Assembly: GCA_964016885.1 (NCBI GenBank)
Contig: OZ024740.1
Location: 241,986,001 to 242,050,000, forward strand
Source of the DNA: Eledone cirrhosa
Lineage: Eukaryota
Length of the DNA: 64,000 nucleotides
Direction of reading: 5' to 3'
This document shows, one piece after another, positions 1 through 13,867 of the stretch. The position numbers and the translations under genes are program-made. Position 1 is the stretch's first letter. Every line of letters starts with the position of its first letter. Under the pieces are notes generated by a model. That model was not told where the DNA came from. It ran no database searches and saw only the letters and a program-made list of their open reading frames with translations.

Positions 1-169
1 TCACTGAAATATATATAGCAGTTAATAAACGAAGCTAAATTTTAATCATTTGACTTTTATTTAACTTTATTTTACAATACTCCGGAGTAACCAAACCAAC
101 CTGCGCACTTCGTCGAATGCTCCAGTCTGCATACTGAGGTGTTGGTATACAACCAACATAAACTCAAAA

Positions 170-222
<53 letters not shown>

Positions 223-224
<2 letters not shown>

Positions 225-415
225 GTTATTCCGGGTTGAATCGGAGGTAACCACAGTAAGTAAGGTACTCAATACATAGCAGAGTATAATAGTTTTAATA
301 TAGAAGAGATTCTACAGGACTAGAACTGTTTCATTCATTAGAAATCATCAGGAGATTCCTGATGATTTCTAATGAATGAAACAGTTCTAGTCCTGTAGAA
401 TCTCTTCTATATTAA

Positions 416-421
<6 letters not shown>
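223..421. mobile_element. (TA)n-flanked fold-back element, family A (Penelope-like pLTR fragment plus inverted copy)
   Basis: Perfect 65-bp arms 289-353/357-421 with a GAT loop, a one-sided tail 223-288, and (TA)n on both sides. Second copy at 13868-14063. Confidence 0.75.
359..392 (+). ncRNA. Hammerhead ribozyme core lacking its stem I 5' strand (mirror copy on - strand 318-351)
   Basis: CTGATGA-tTTC taat GAAt-GAAAC-agttcta-GTC; the upstream stem I strand is cut off by the palindrome apex. Confidence 0.55.
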
Positions 422-451
<30 letters not shown>

Positions 452-452
<1 letters not shown>

Positions 453-1036
453 AGAGTATGGAAGTTTGCTTGAAGCATTGTGGAGTAATAAGATTTATTT
501 TCTTTAGGTCGTTTTGGAAACCTCAACAATGCAGATGGGTAATTCTCCAGGTAACAGGATCCGGTGGTGAAGAGAGAGATGTAAGGGAATGTAGAATGAG
601 ATGTATAGTGTATATAGGAACGTAGCAAATAGCGTAAAAAATAAAAATATAAATAATAACACGAGATAGAGTTACCTTGGAAGAGATTTAATTGTCCCTA
701 TATTTCGGATTCGTATACATCAATGGGAGGGTTTTACGAGGGGGGGGGGTATCTGTCAGAGAGGAACGGTAGTGTCCTCTGCTGTTCGCTGTTTGTGAAA
801 ACCCTCCCATTGATGGATGCAAATCCGAAATATAGGGACAATTAAATCTCTCCCAAGGTAACTCTATCTCGTGTTATTATTTTTTTATATTTTTTACGCT
901 ATTTGCTACGTTCCTATATACACTATACATCTCATTCTACATTCCCTTACATCTCACTCTTCACTCCCGGATCCTGTTACCCGGAGAATTACCCATCTGC
1001 ATTGTTGAGGCTTCCAAAACGTCCAAAAGAAAATAA

Positions 1037-1040
<4 letters not shown>
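452..1040. mobile_element. (TA)n-flanked fold-back element, family B
   Basis: Imperfect ~245-bp inverted arms ~491-735/798-1039 with a ~60-bp spacer. Decayed hammerhead-like TTGAT-GGAT gcaa ATCC-GAAATATA at ~810-835. Confidence 0.65.
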
Positions 1041-1075
<35 letters not shown>

Positions 1076-2183
1076 TTTTTTTCTTTAATATGTACTCTTT
1101 CATTGTTTCGTTGTGTGAAACAATTTATGTTAAGAGAAGGCTATTTATTTTTGAGAAAAAATAACACGAGCTGCTATAACAATAAAGAATGATAATAATA
1201 GAATCAAACGGAACGAACATATACAATAAAAGAACACCAAGATACACTAAATAATTCAGAAACAGCTGGTGGGTGTCCGACATGACTATTTAACTAGAAG
1301 TGAGGAGTGAAGTGAGTCAACGAAGGAAACACTTTCTATGCGGTTACTCAAATTTCCCTCAAATATCGCACCACCGCCTTAAAGAAAAAGGAAGCAAGCA
1401 GCTCCACGGACGTCACCTGATACATTGGTAATGTGAGCTGCTAACACTGATAGGAACATTCTGGTCTGCAGCTCAAATCTTCCAAACATCTCTAACGGCA
1501 TAAGGTGAAAAAGACAATTTGCTGATAATTCCTGGTATTTTAAAATGTTATTCCGTTCGCTACGAATCCGATTTTGTTTTCGAATTAATTTGTTGAAGAA
1601 GGAACACCAACGCTTATCAACTATACAGACTCTCTTATTCTAGCTGGGCAACCATGATTAGTGTGGATCTACTGTGCATCAAAATACCTAGTTATACTCC
1701 GACCAGTTCATTGCATTAATTAAATGCACCATATGATGGATGAAGTCTGCATCGTATACATGTTTCTTTTTATTGAGCGAATGTCTGCATGTGGGTATAT
1801 CTGTATGAGTATGTTTATCTCGTGGATGAGTATATGGCTAGTTAAGAAATTACAGAGCAATCATTTTTGTATCAGATTCGATCCTATTATGTGGCATGTA
1901 TGGGGGGCTGAAAAGTCATCTTGTGAGGGGAAGTTGGGTAAAGGAAGACTGTCTAGAAGCCCATCATGGACTGTGTCTGTAATTCAAAGGGCCATTCTTG
2001 TAATACACTTCATGACGCTGAATCTCCCTAAGAAATCCGTTAGTGGTACAAATGTCAGTGGAATGAATACTCAGCCACTTACACATTAATTTCATGAGCA
2101 CTCAGTGCTTGATAGAACAACTGGAACATCGAAAGCACCGACTGTGTTCAATTCAGTTCCTTCTGTGTGTATGTGTTTGATTG

Positions 2184-2214
<31 letters not shown>

Positions 2215-2693
2215 CTCAGTGTGTGAATGAATGTGGACGTGCATGCGTACCCTATTGAAGGTTGAAGACTTCTCATTTTATTTTAACTCTTAATGCTTTG
2301 GAGAAAAACAGGAACAAGACCCTACCCTGATCTCAAAGTCTCCTTCAAATATATTCACACATATCCACACTCATACGCATACAAACACACATATGCATAT
2401 ATATGTTTACATGCGTACATAGATGCATAAATCCATACTTACAGACAAGTGTATTACAAACATACATGTATGTATGCGATGGATGCATACATAGGTACAC
2501 ACATATACATACACAAACGACAAACACACGCGCGCACGCAGCCCCACTCCCCACACACATATATATATATATATTATATCTCGTTAAGTGATTTTTGTAA
2601 TTAAGCAATTAACACACATATACATCGTTATATATTTTGTTTTAGTTACTAGTGACTTCGTAATCTTTCGTCCAGCCTTGATTTCTTCAATAA

Positions 2694-2771
2694 TACATAC
2701 ATACATACATACATACATACATACATACATACATACATACATACATACATACATACATACATACATACATA
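2694..2771. repeat. (CATA)n microsatellite
   Basis: Direct reading. Confidence 0.95.
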
Positions 2772-2773
2772 CA

Positions 2774-3316
2774 AGGTGGCTGCCAACTCGTTTTCGAGTA
2801 CGGCCACTACTTTATATCCATGTAGGAGAACCCCTACCGATGCGCTGAACGAGTGTGACTTTTTAGTCCAGCCAGCGACTTGAAAACTCTGGTACAAACA
2901 CTACACTTGTGACAATTATTGACACATAGTGCTGGGCCCATGGTACCATATGACGACAAGTGCAGAGAGATCTCCAGATATAAAGCAATGCCTGTGCCGT
3001 GAAGCTTTTATAGTGAGCAAAGGCACTGCACAAAGCCAGTTCCACACTCTTAACCAAGATGATATTTACCAAAAAGAAGAACAAGTCAACATCATTGGAT
3101 ACCATCAGAGTTGCAGGTGTTATATCAGAGTTTTCCTTCTCCTAGAATTCTGCCTTGACAAAGGCTATGGGGTCATCTCTCCCGGTGATTTTGGATGGGC
3201 ATTGACTCCTTTGCCCTTTGACAGGTTTTGACGGGTCGTTGGCGAGTAAACTGGCAACCCCACCAAGGTATCTTGGTGAGGAGGGTGACTTTGGACATCC
3301 TGCAGGACTAAAAACA
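2774..3316 (-). mobile_element. Non-autonomous RTE-derived element (family R1) with 5' inversion
   Basis: Near-identical to 8148-8752 and 11427-11880. Minus strand carries an RTE 5'UTR-like CTAGGAGAAGGAAAACTCTGA motif and the 3' tail CTCGAAAACGAGTTGGCAGCCACC. Segment 3231-3316 is inverted. Confidence 0.65.
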
Positions 3317-3320
3317 TACA

Positions 3321-3351
<31 letters not shown>

Positions 3352-3418
3352 TTACATACATACATACATGCAAACGTATGTACATACATACGTACATACA
3401 TACATACATATATACATA

Positions 3419-3490
3419 CGACGGTGGGCTGAAAAGTTCATAGGCTGACCATGAAGGAGTAATGCTAGAGCTGTGAAATCTTGCATGCAT
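3419..3490. mobile_element. Mariner/Tc1-type terminal inverted repeat remnant
   Basis: TA-CGACGGTGGGCTGAAAAGTTCATAGGCTGAC, matching the termini of the MITE at 46734-46934. Confidence 0.55.
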
Positions 3491-5511
3491 GTGAATACGA
3501 TTGTGAGAGGAGGGGAGAGGGAGAAAGAATCAAAGAAAGAAAAAAGGAAGAGCATGTTTGTGTGTGTGTGTGTGAATGTGTTTGTCAGTGTGAATACTTG
3601 CATGAATCCTGTGGTGTAATGGTAGGCTCGGGGTGTATTACGCCATGACAGCACCTTTTTGAATCACGTTTAATTTTCCCCACCTCACCGATGAACTCGA
3701 ATCGATGATCGTTAAGCACTAACAAGGACAGACACAACACACAAACAAAGAATATATGTATGTATACATCGGTGGAACCATGAATGATTGCTACAATGTC
3801 GCCAAAGGCTTCCACCATAATAAGTCCTTTAAACGATTTCATATCCCGATGTAAATTCTCTGTTAATTGTCTGAGGAAAGCAACAAGCAACGCATTAAAA
3901 AAAGTTCTTTCGTTTTTTCTTTTTTTCTTTCTTTCTTTCTTTCTTTCTTTATTTATTTATTTTTATTTATCTTTCTTTCTCTCCTGTATCTCTCTCTCTC
4001 CCGCACACGCTTGCACGTGCATTCATTTCACTTCTTTTTAAACCATTTAATCAGCAGTTGAAAGGGCAGCGCCAAAGCACTTTTATTTTTTAGGGCCTCC
4101 CAGACTGGTGAAAAAAATGGAGGCAGTTATCCTTAAAATCAAAAAACCTGTCTTGAATGCTTGCTACAGAGTGAACTCCGATAAATGTGTCTAAGGAACA
4201 TGTGATGCTGTTAAAACAGGTGACGGATTAAGCCTACCACCAAAGAATCCAAAATGTAAAGAACTAGATCAAATACCTCATGGTATCTCGCTTGAGGCAG
4301 CAATAATTCCCCCAATACCCTGCCTTTTTCTGGTACTTAATGTTATCGACCACAGGAAGAATAAAAGACAAAGCTGACCTCTTTAGAATTTCAACTCAAA
4401 GTGCAGAAAGTCAGAACAAATATCGCAGTACATTTTGTTCTACGCTCCACTTAGCATGAAAAACCTTTTTGCAGTGAAGTGCCTTCCGCCTTTTTTCTAT
4501 AACATGATGAATTATAGGACGTATCACCAGCACTTCCATTTGTTCAAATAACAACATCTGACGTTATTGTTTGACTAGTATTTATTTACTTCTTCCTCCT
4601 CCCGGAAGAATGAAAGGGAAAAATTGACCTCAACGGGATTTGAACTCAGAGTGTTAAAAGACGTAACAAAAGAAGCGGCAAAGCACATTGATGGTTGCGT
4701 TATCCTTTATTTTTGTCAGTTTCAGTACCAAAGGTATCTGTGAATGTTTCACGTTACCAACTTCGAAGTACGGATATTCCCGCCATTTATGCCGACGTAG
4801 GTAATAACCACGACGCCACAAAACCAATATATTTAACTTGCTAACGTTGGAGCCTCTACGAGGTCACCCAATTTTCGAAGATAGCAGCCAAATCTCCTTC
4901 AAATCAGACCCTAGCATCTTAAAGTAGGACAAGGCGTTTGTAGTGGTCCCTTTCTCGAGGAAAATGTTATAATAACAGTCAACTGAATTTTTCGCAGTGT
5001 GTTCCTTTTATAACAACTTTAGACGTATGGAAAGCAAAGAAAATTGAAATCAAAGCCTCAGAACTTAGAACACTAAGGAATATACATAAAGTTAAGTCAT
5101 TCAACCTAAAAATGTATCGTAACTGCTAAAGTTTATAAAAATGTTGGTTTTTTTAACATAGATCTATGTTGGAAATTTATATTTTGAGTGAGAGGGCAGT
5201 CGTTTATGAATGCCGCGTTATTAAGATGTTTATTTCAGTATTATGAAGCACCTGGTTTGATCCCATCAAGTGAATATTTTCAAAACTGTTAGTTTTTTTT
5301 TTTATACAATGTTATTCGGTCAACCCGAGGTTTGTGTATAGAATTAGGTAGACAGAAACTATGGAGTTCTATCGGATAGATTGTACCTGTATTATGACAC
5401 TTCTGTTTGAAAGTTACTACGTTTAACGTAGTCCAATGTGTATTCGGAATACTTAGCCAATTATGCTAGAATGAGTGCATACTTCTTGTGATCAAGAATC
5501 TAGCATATTCA

Positions 5512-5777
5512 TGTAATAATAATAATGAAATGATTGTGTACAGTGCTCAGGTGCACTACAACTCATCAAAGGTGCATGTATAGTACACAGAATAATGTAC
5601 AAATGGCAGGAAAGTTAAAAGTAAATGAGTCATGATATACACACAGATACATACGTGCGTGTGTATGGAGGCGGGATATCAGGTGTAGTTGTAGTGTTGG
5701 CAAGTTTTGAAGGATGCAGTGGCCCGACAGCTAACGACGGATGCAGGTAGTTTGTTCCATGCTTCAGCAACTCTGAG
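5512..5777 (-). mobile_element. CR1/L2-like LINE 3' end
   Basis: Minus strand translates RVAEAWNKLPASVVSCRATASFK (typical CR1/L2 ORF2 C-terminus), followed by a 3'UTR and an (ATT)n tail. Confidence 0.65.
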
Positions 5778-6339
5778 GTCAACGAAAATTTATTTATAGA
5801 GGATTATCTCGACCTTGATATTTGACAGGTACTTTATGGTATTAATACTGCGACTTTTTTGTCCGTCGATCCATCAATTCTGAGAAATTACCGCCCATCA
5901 AAATCAAATAGAAAAATAATTATAGAATCTGAAACATTTTGGTTAACGAGATAATTAATAAATTGTGACTACTGCATTCCGCCGAATGACGTCAGAGATA
6001 TAAATGTAAACATTTGGTGGTGTACAGGTTATCGTTACTGTTTAAATGCTGGAATGTTACCAGTTCAAAATTTGCAGGTACCTCCAACGTTCACAAAACA
6101 GCAAATTTCCAGTGACGTTAGAAGTTAGAATGTTTTGTGGTATTAGTTTCGATGTTCTGTACTCTGCGTTCAAATGTTAAGAAAGTCAACTTCTCCTTTC
6201 ATGATTTCAAGACCGATAAATAAAGTACATGTCTAGGACTGGAGTTGATTCATAATGTATGTCACATTTTCACTCCCTACCATCTCTCTCTTTTTTCTAT
6301 CTTTTTCTGAAAGAACTCGAGGTGCACCAAGACACTCCT

Positions 6340-6379
<40 letters not shown>

Positions 6380-7021
6380 GATGATAACGTTCATAAACAC
6401 TTTATATCCAAGTGTACTAGAATGGTGGAACGAGGAAGCCGTTTACGGCAAGGTATTTAGTCAAGCTCCTTTGCGTTTCGAATCCAGTCAAGATCATTGT
6501 TTGCCTTCTAAAACTTAAAGGATTATACGGTACTGTTTACTATAGAGTCCAGTACTATGTCTCTTAGTGTACGTATATATGAACGGGTTTGTGCGTGTAC
6601 GCATCTCTAAGTGTGAGCGTCGCACTAGCTATGGCGTCAGTTTTGATATTTCAGGAACATCAGCCGGTGATCAATCCTATTGATCTCAGACGTTGTTGGG
6701 ATCTGAAATCGAAAGTTTTGCCATCTCCAAATACATTAATAGACCTGGGTCTTAGGCAACATAAAATGTTTTCCCCCGTTAATGATACCCCCACATCACT
6801 CTCTTCTACTTTTTTTGGTCTTTAAGGGTCTTCAACCTATTATATAGGCTATTTTATAGCATCTTTAATAAATGTATGTAAAAAGGGCGGAAGAACTCAT
6901 AAGAGTCAAACGGCTACCCAAAAGTGTGTAAATATGTGTATACATATATACATGTGTATATATATATATGTATATATGTATATATGTATATATGTATATA
7001 TGTATATATGTATATGTGTAT

Positions 7022-7450
7022 AAACGGAAAAAACGAAACGAAATTTCATTTCCCACTCTTAGTACGGCTGTTACTTAAATATAAGTATGTACACGTATAT
7101 ACATATATGTATACAGACGTACAGTAGTATGTATATATATATACATACATGCACACATATATATATATATATATGTACGTATGGATTCACCGAACATTTA
7201 TTATAATGCTCGGTGTGTTTGTAAACAAACATCCCGAATTAAGCCGTACAGTGTCCAGCAACCATCGTTGCTCGTTTGTTCAACACTGACAAAGGAACGC
7301 TGTACTAGTTTCAAGCTTATGAGCTATCGTCAGCAACGTATATCTTCCTGCCAGATGATTGAACGTCCGACAGTATATACTTTCCTTATGCATATTAACG
7401 GCTGAGCAGCCCAATTTGCATATTGAGTGGCTTAATCGGCCGGGTTACAT
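7022..7450 (-). mobile_element. Diverged single copy of hammerhead-bearing family C
   Basis: Homologous to 40199-41272 and 49387-50266. Confidence 0.7.
7297..7339 (-). ncRNA. Type I hammerhead ribozyme (family C)
   Basis: ACGTTG-CTGACGA-tAGCT cata AGCTt-GAAAC-ta-GTA-CAGCGT; 6-bp stem I, palindromic stem III. Confidence 0.8.
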
Positions 7451-7524
7451 ACTTATATATATGTATACATGTGTATAATTGTATGGAAATGTATATGTAT
7501 GGGTGGAGACATAGAAATAATCGA

Positions 7525-7837
7525 GCTGGATACCCGATCGCGCCGTTAAACCACTGGCAGTGAAGGAGCTCTAGCCTTTATCAGGATATTCCTCTAGGAG
7601 AAGGCAACCCAGAAAACTGGGATAACTCCTGCGGCTCGGTAGTTACCGATGATGTTGATCTTTTCTTCTTTTCGGATTACAGCTACTGTCGCTCAGGGAG
7701 TGGGATTGGCTCAGTGCACATACTTTCTTCGCTTTAAAAAGAATCTTCACGAACAATCATTGCACGGTAGCATCAATTAATAATTATTAATAATGTTATA
7801 TCGTGCAATACCCATACTCGATAACGAGGGGGCAGCC

Positions 7838-7838
<1 letters not shown>
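7525..7838 (+). mobile_element. Non-autonomous RTE-derived element (family R2)
   Basis: CTAGGAGAAGGCAACCC motif; 3' tail CATACTCGATAACGAGGGGGCAGCCAT then (TA)n; homologous to 10430-10910. Confidence 0.6.
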
Positions 7839-7906
<68 letters not shown>

Positions 7907-8105
7907 GAAATTTTAGTACAGCATCAACGAAGCCTTTGGCAGTAGCCAAGCTAACGAATGCAGATTCGGTGTGCATCTAAGCACTCAATGGAGAATATTA
8001 CACCAGAGTTATAACATTACGTTTAGACAGACAGCGACCGATAGTCGGCCGCATTGCCAAGGCGACGAAAAAAGCTGAACTCAGAAAAAATGTTTGACTG
8101 ACCTG

Positions 8106-8147
<42 letters not shown>

Positions 8148-8149
<2 letters not shown>

Positions 8150-8752
8150 TGGCTGCCAACTCGTTTTCGAGTACGGCAACTACTTTATATCCATGTAGGA
8201 GAACCCCTACCGATGCGCTGAACGAATATGACTTTTTAGTCCAGCCAGCGACTTGAAAACTCTGGTACAAACACTACACTTGTGACAATTATTGACACAT
8301 AGTGCTGGGCCCATGGTACCATGTGACAAGTGCAGAGAGATCTCCAGATATAAAGCAATGCCTGTGCCGTGAAGCTTTTATAGTGAGCAAAGGCACTGCA
8401 CAAAGCCAGTCCCACTCTCTTAACCAAGATGATATTTACCAAAAAGAAGAACAAGTCAACATCATTGGATACCATCAGGGTTGCAGGTGTTATATCAGAG
8501 TTTTCCTTCTCCTAGAATTCTGCCTTGACAAAGGTTAAGGGGTCATCTCTCCCGGTGATTTTGGATGGCCATTGACTCTTAAGAGCTCTTTTGCCCTTTG
8601 ACAGGTTTTGTGTTTAGTCCTGCAGGATGTCCAAAGTCACCCTCCTCACCAAGAAACCTTGGTGGGGTTGCCAGTTTAGTCGCCAACGTCCCGACCATGT
8701 GACAGGTTGTACTGGGATACATGTTACCAATAGCACCAGCTGGTGACCTGAC
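8148..8752 (-). mobile_element. Non-autonomous RTE-derived element (family R1), longest copy
   Basis: Collinear copy of 2774-3316 and 11427-11880 with a longer 5' end; flanked by TA-rich repeats. Confidence 0.65.
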
Positions 8753-9177
8753 ATAACATATATATATATACATATATATATATACATATATTTACACAGT
8801 ATCTCTTGAAGGAGTCTAAGGGGCGCCGTAGTGACATATGGCGTATCATGGGCATTTTTAAAAACTAGTGTAGTCGATCTCCTCTCTACGTTTGTACGCA
8901 GACGACTTCTTTCACAGAAAGTGATAATGAGGAAGCGAGAAAGAGATACAAGGGTGGAGTCGACCTCAGTATTCAAGTGGTACGTTTTTTTTTTTTTTTA
9001 TCGCCAATGAAATGATGAAAGGCGAAGTTGACCTCAACGAAATTTGAATTCAGAGTGCAGGGAGCCGGAACAAATATCACAAAGCATTTTATTCGACATT
9101 CTAAAGACCATAACAATTCGCCCCCCCCCCCCCCCCCCCAAAAAAAAACACACACACACACACACACACGCATTTAT

Positions 9178-9512
9178 TGTTATGAATAGAATACTCTCAC
9201 TCTATGAACTGGGTCTATTTATGCTGTTACGGAGTTTATTATTGGCTCTCAAAGCCTACTCTATGCAGGTGTCACTCACCCGAATTATTACTCTGTTAGT
9301 AAAACATGTGACTCTTCCCTTTCAAGGACCCGGAGTCAGCCTATAATGTCCCCTGCAGGAAGCAATGTCAACATTTAGTGCTGTTATTTGGTTACCCATA
9401 TCCACATTCTTTTAATAATGCAATTAGTCATTTGTATGTCAGTGTTGTCCAATCTGGTACACATTGTTTACTCATTCCAGGTCCCTATTTTGATCGGGAT
9501 TGATTATTTTCG
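9178..9512. repeat. Unclassified interspersed repeat
   Basis: Highly similar inverted copy at ~17664-17998. Confidence 0.75.
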
Positions 9513-9619
9513 GTTGTTTCAACACATACACCCATACACACACTATCACACACACACATACACATACACACATACACATACACACATACACACAGGCATA
9601 TGTATATAGTATATGTACG

Positions 9620-9682
<63 letters not shown>

Positions 9683-9925
9683 AGGGAGTGTAATGTGAAG
9701 TTACTGTAGGTTCACCCAGGTGAGCACTCGATGTTTAGGTTCACGTCAGTGGCGAGGTGTAGAGCTAGACAGAGTGTAATATAATAATACAAGGACGATT
9801 TGTTAAGCCTCCATTACGTGTATTGATTGATGACGCGCGTTTTGCTTTTGATCAGTTGAAGGTTCGATCTGTATCGATCTGGCCCGACTCTGGAATCAAA
9901 AGCTAGTCGGACCTCTGTTGTATTA

Positions 9926-9999
<74 letters not shown>

Positions 10000-10319
10000 G
10001 CGCGCTGTGTGTCCGCGCGCTGTGTGTGTGTGTCCGCGCGCTGTGTGTGTGTGTCCGCGCGCTGTGTGTGTGTGTGTGTGCGTATGTGATGGACATTCAG
10101 TTTTTTAATGTAATTATGTTTATATGTTCAGGTATCATGACGACGCGGACTAAGGTGCTGTCTTTAGGCACGAATCTCTTCGGAGACATGGGTCCAAATA
10201 TACGCCCTGTCATATAAAATGCATTTTAATGGCGGTCCGAGCATGGCCGCAACCCATGGGGTGGAACACGCAAAATATTAAAAGTAACACACAACATATG
10301 TGCGCCTATGTATAATTAC

Positions 10320-10350
<31 letters not shown>

Positions 10351-10429
10351 CATGTGTGTATATATGTATACATAAACATATACATACTTGCATACGTACA
10401 CACAAAGGTACGTACGTACATACATACAT

Positions 10430-10910
10430 GATGGCTGCCCCCTTGTTATCGAGTATGGCATTTGCTTAATATACCATTATTAATAATTATTAAGCTTTGA
10501 CGCATAGAGTTACGGCCCTTGCCATTCTGAGTTCAAATCCCGCCGAGGTTAACTTTGCCTTTCATCCTTACGAGGTCGATAAAATAAAGTACCAGTAATA
10601 CACTGGATATTTGCTGGCCTTGTGCCAAAAATAGAAACAATTAATTAATTCTATCGTGCAATGCCTGTGCGTGAAGATTTTTTTTAAAGTGTGGAAAGAC
10701 TGTGCACTGAGCCAATCCCACTCTCTGAGCGACTGTAGCTATAACCCGATAAGAAGAAAAGATCAACATCATCGGTAACTACTGAGCCGCAGGTTTTATA
10801 TCGGAGTCATCTCAGTTTCCTGAGTTGCTTTCTCCTGGAAGAATGCCCTGACAAAGGCTAGGGGTCCTTCACTGCCAGTGGTTTAACCACGTGATCAGGT
10901 GTCCAGCACG
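10430..10910 (-). mobile_element. RTE-derived family R2 copy interrupted by a SINE
   Basis: Reverse complement of 7525-7838, with SINE 10495-10640 inserted between TTAATTAA-like duplications. Confidence 0.6.
10495..10640 (+). mobile_element. 5'-truncated tRNA-head SINE (family S1)
   Basis: B-box GAGTTCAAATCCC plus core GCCTTTCATCCTTACGAGGTCGATAAAATAAAGTACCAG, shared by at least 7 copies in the window. Confidence 0.8.
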
Positions 10911-10931
10911 ACTACTTCTATGTCCCCGCGC

Positions 10932-11425
10932 ATATACATACATATGTACCCATGCATATACACATATACATATACATACATATGTACATGACATACATAT
11001 ATACATACATACATACATACATACATACATACATACATACATACATGCATACATGCATACATACATACATCCATCCATCCATACATACATGCATACATAC
11101 ATACATACATACATACATCCATACATACATCCATACATACATACATGCATACATACATCCATCCATACATACATCCATCCATCCATACATACATGCATAC
11201 ATACATACATCCATACATACATCCATACATACATACATGCATACATACATCCATCCATCCATACATACATACATCCATACATATATACATACATCCATAC
11301 ATCCATCCATCCATCCATACATCCATACATACATACGTCCATCCATCCATACATACATACATCCATCCATACATACATACATCCATCCATCCATACATAC
11401 ATACATCCATCCATACATACATACA
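10932..11425. repeat. Compound (CATA)n/(CATC)n microsatellite
   Basis: Direct reading; similar tract at 11881-12137. Confidence 0.95.
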
Positions 11426-11426
11426 T

Positions 11427-11880
11427 GGTGGCTGCCAACTCGTTTTCGAGTACGGCCACTACTTTATATTCATGTAGGAGAACCCCTACCGATGCGCTAA
11501 ACAAGTGTGACTTTTAGTCCAGCCAGCGACTTTAAAACTCTGGTACAAACACTACACTTGTGACAATTATTGACATAGTGTTGGGGCCTTGGTACCATGT
11601 GACGACAAGTGTAGAGAGATCTCCAGATATAAAGTAATGCCTGTGCCGTGAAGCTTTTATAGTGAGCAAAGGCACTGCACAAAGCCAGTCCCACTCTCTT
11701 AACCCGAGTTGATATTTACCAAAAAGAAGAACAAGTCAACATCACTGGATACCATCAGGGTTGCAGGTGTTATATCAGAGTTTTCCTTCTCCTAGAATTC
11801 TGCCTTGACAAAGGCTAAGGGGTCATCTCTCCCGGTGATTTTGGATGGCCATTGACTCTTAAGAGCTCCTTTGCCCTTTG
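11427..11880 (-). mobile_element. Non-autonomous RTE-derived element (family R1), 5'-truncated
   Basis: Third copy; splits a (CATA/CATC)n tract. Confidence 0.65.
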
Positions 11881-12796
11881 ATACATACATACATACATCC
11901 ATCCATCCATCCATCCATACATCCATACATACATACATACATCCATCCATCCATACATACATACATACATACATACATCCATACATACATACATCCATCC
12001 ATCCATCCATCCATACATACATACATACATACATCCATACATACATGCATACATACATCCATCCATCCATCCATCCATACATACATACATCCATACATAC
12101 ATACATACATCCATACATACATACATACATACATACATAAACGTCGGTGTGTGTGTATATATGTAGGTATATATGTGTAGGTATATATGTGTATGTGAAT
12201 TTACATGCAACAGTAGTCAATGGATACAGCTACGAGTGGTAATAATTCACAGACATGTAGATATGAATAGAATCAGTTAAAATCAATCATGCATGCAGAA
12301 AATCTAAATATGCGATGAACACACAATCGTGGATTCACCCATGGCTGTATAAGCATATAACACCTGGACTCATGTATCCATAGACGCTGACGCGCGCACA
12401 CGTGTGTGTATGTATATACATATAAATATATATATATATATGTATGTATGTATGTATATGTGTGTGTGTGTACATATACTTATATGCATATATGTATATA
12501 TATATGTATATATGTATATATGTATATATATATACACAAACATATATATATATATATATATATCATAATCCATTTGTGTGTATGTATATATGTGTGTGTT
12601 TGTGTGTATATGTATATATAGATACATACACACGCACACACACATATTTATATATAAAGGATATTATAATTTCATAATATTATAAAATAAAATTAAATTG
12701 TTTAGAACTACAAGTGAAGTCATTATTTTCCTTTTTTTAAATATACCTAACTGTATCAAGGATTTAACACATTTTCCAATACATACATACATACAT

Positions 12797-13431
12797 TTTA
12801 TGTTAGTAACTGCCTCAATACAAATCTTGAGAAGCTAGGCTTCACAGGAACAGAAAGAACACAACTAGTTAGGAAATTACAAGTACAATCCATTAATGGA
12901 ACAGTAAAAATATGTAAAACATTCCAGAAATGTTGCATCTAATAACTGCATATACACATGTACAGATACAAAGCATGTACACATGCACACATACAACTCA
13001 AAACATCCACACATACAATAACATCCATATCTATACATGCATGCATACATACATATCTACCTAGTTGATGTTGTGTAAATTCCAATGAGAGAGTCTTGTG
13101 TCTATGTTAGAAACCGACTCTCTCTTTATTGGTAAAACATTGTGAAATTATAAAACCAGAAAAACATACATACATACATTAATGGAACAGTAAAAATATG
13201 TAAAACATTCCAAATATTTTGCATCTAATAACTGCATATACACATGTACAGATGCAAATATCTAAACATCCACATCCACACATACAATAATATCCATATC
13301 TACACATGCAGACATACATACATATCTACCTAGTTGATGTAGTGTAAATAATGAGAGAGTCTTGTGTCTATTTTAGAAACCGACTCTCTCTCTATTGGTA
13401 AAACTTTGTGAAATTATAAAACCAGAAGAAC

Positions 13432-13440
<9 letters not shown>
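12797..13440 (+). mobile_element. R4/Dong-like (RLE-type) non-LTR 3' end with partial tandem second copy
   Basis: Translates NLEKLGFTGTERTQLVRKLQVQSINGTVKICKTFQK, resembling an RLE-element C-terminus. 12892-13165 is repeated at 13178-13430, each copy ending in (CATA)n. Confidence 0.5.
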
Positions 13441-13505
<65 letters not shown>

Positions 13506-13708
13506 GCACACACGAATACAAATAGTGTGTGCGCATGTGACATGTATGCATATGTGCATGCATGTATATCTGTCCATCTGAGGGTGAATACCTGTAGTCA
13601 TTTTTTTAAAATCAAAATACATTTTCGTTTGACATGATGTCTCTCTTTTTTCTTATTTTTTACCTTGTCATTCATTATTCCATACAACATTCCAGTTTCT
13701 TCATATTC

Positions 13709-13739
<31 letters not shown>

Positions 13740-13747
13740 TAGAGAGA

Positions 13748-13847
13748 GAGGTTGTCCCAAAAAATGTATACACGCTTCAATAGCATTCTAATAAATATTG
13801 CCTGTATAAGTAACCAATATGTGTATACGTTTTTTGGAGACACCCTG
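13748..13847. mobile_element. ~100-bp Tc1/mariner-type MITE
   Basis: Imperfect TIRs GAGGTTGTCCCAAAAAATGTATACAC / GTGTATACGTTTTTTGGAGACACCCTG; a lone TIR-like CAGGGTGTCTCAAAA also occurs at 14202. Confidence 0.5.
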
Positions 13848-13867
13848 TTTTATATACATATATATAT

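Noticed and set aside
8670-8752. HDV-like ribozyme at the 5' end of R1 (CCAGT/ACTGG pairing, CTAA linker on the - strand)
   Set aside because: RTE 5' ends can carry HDV-like ribozymes, but I could not complete P1/P1.1/P3 by eye; needs a descriptor search.
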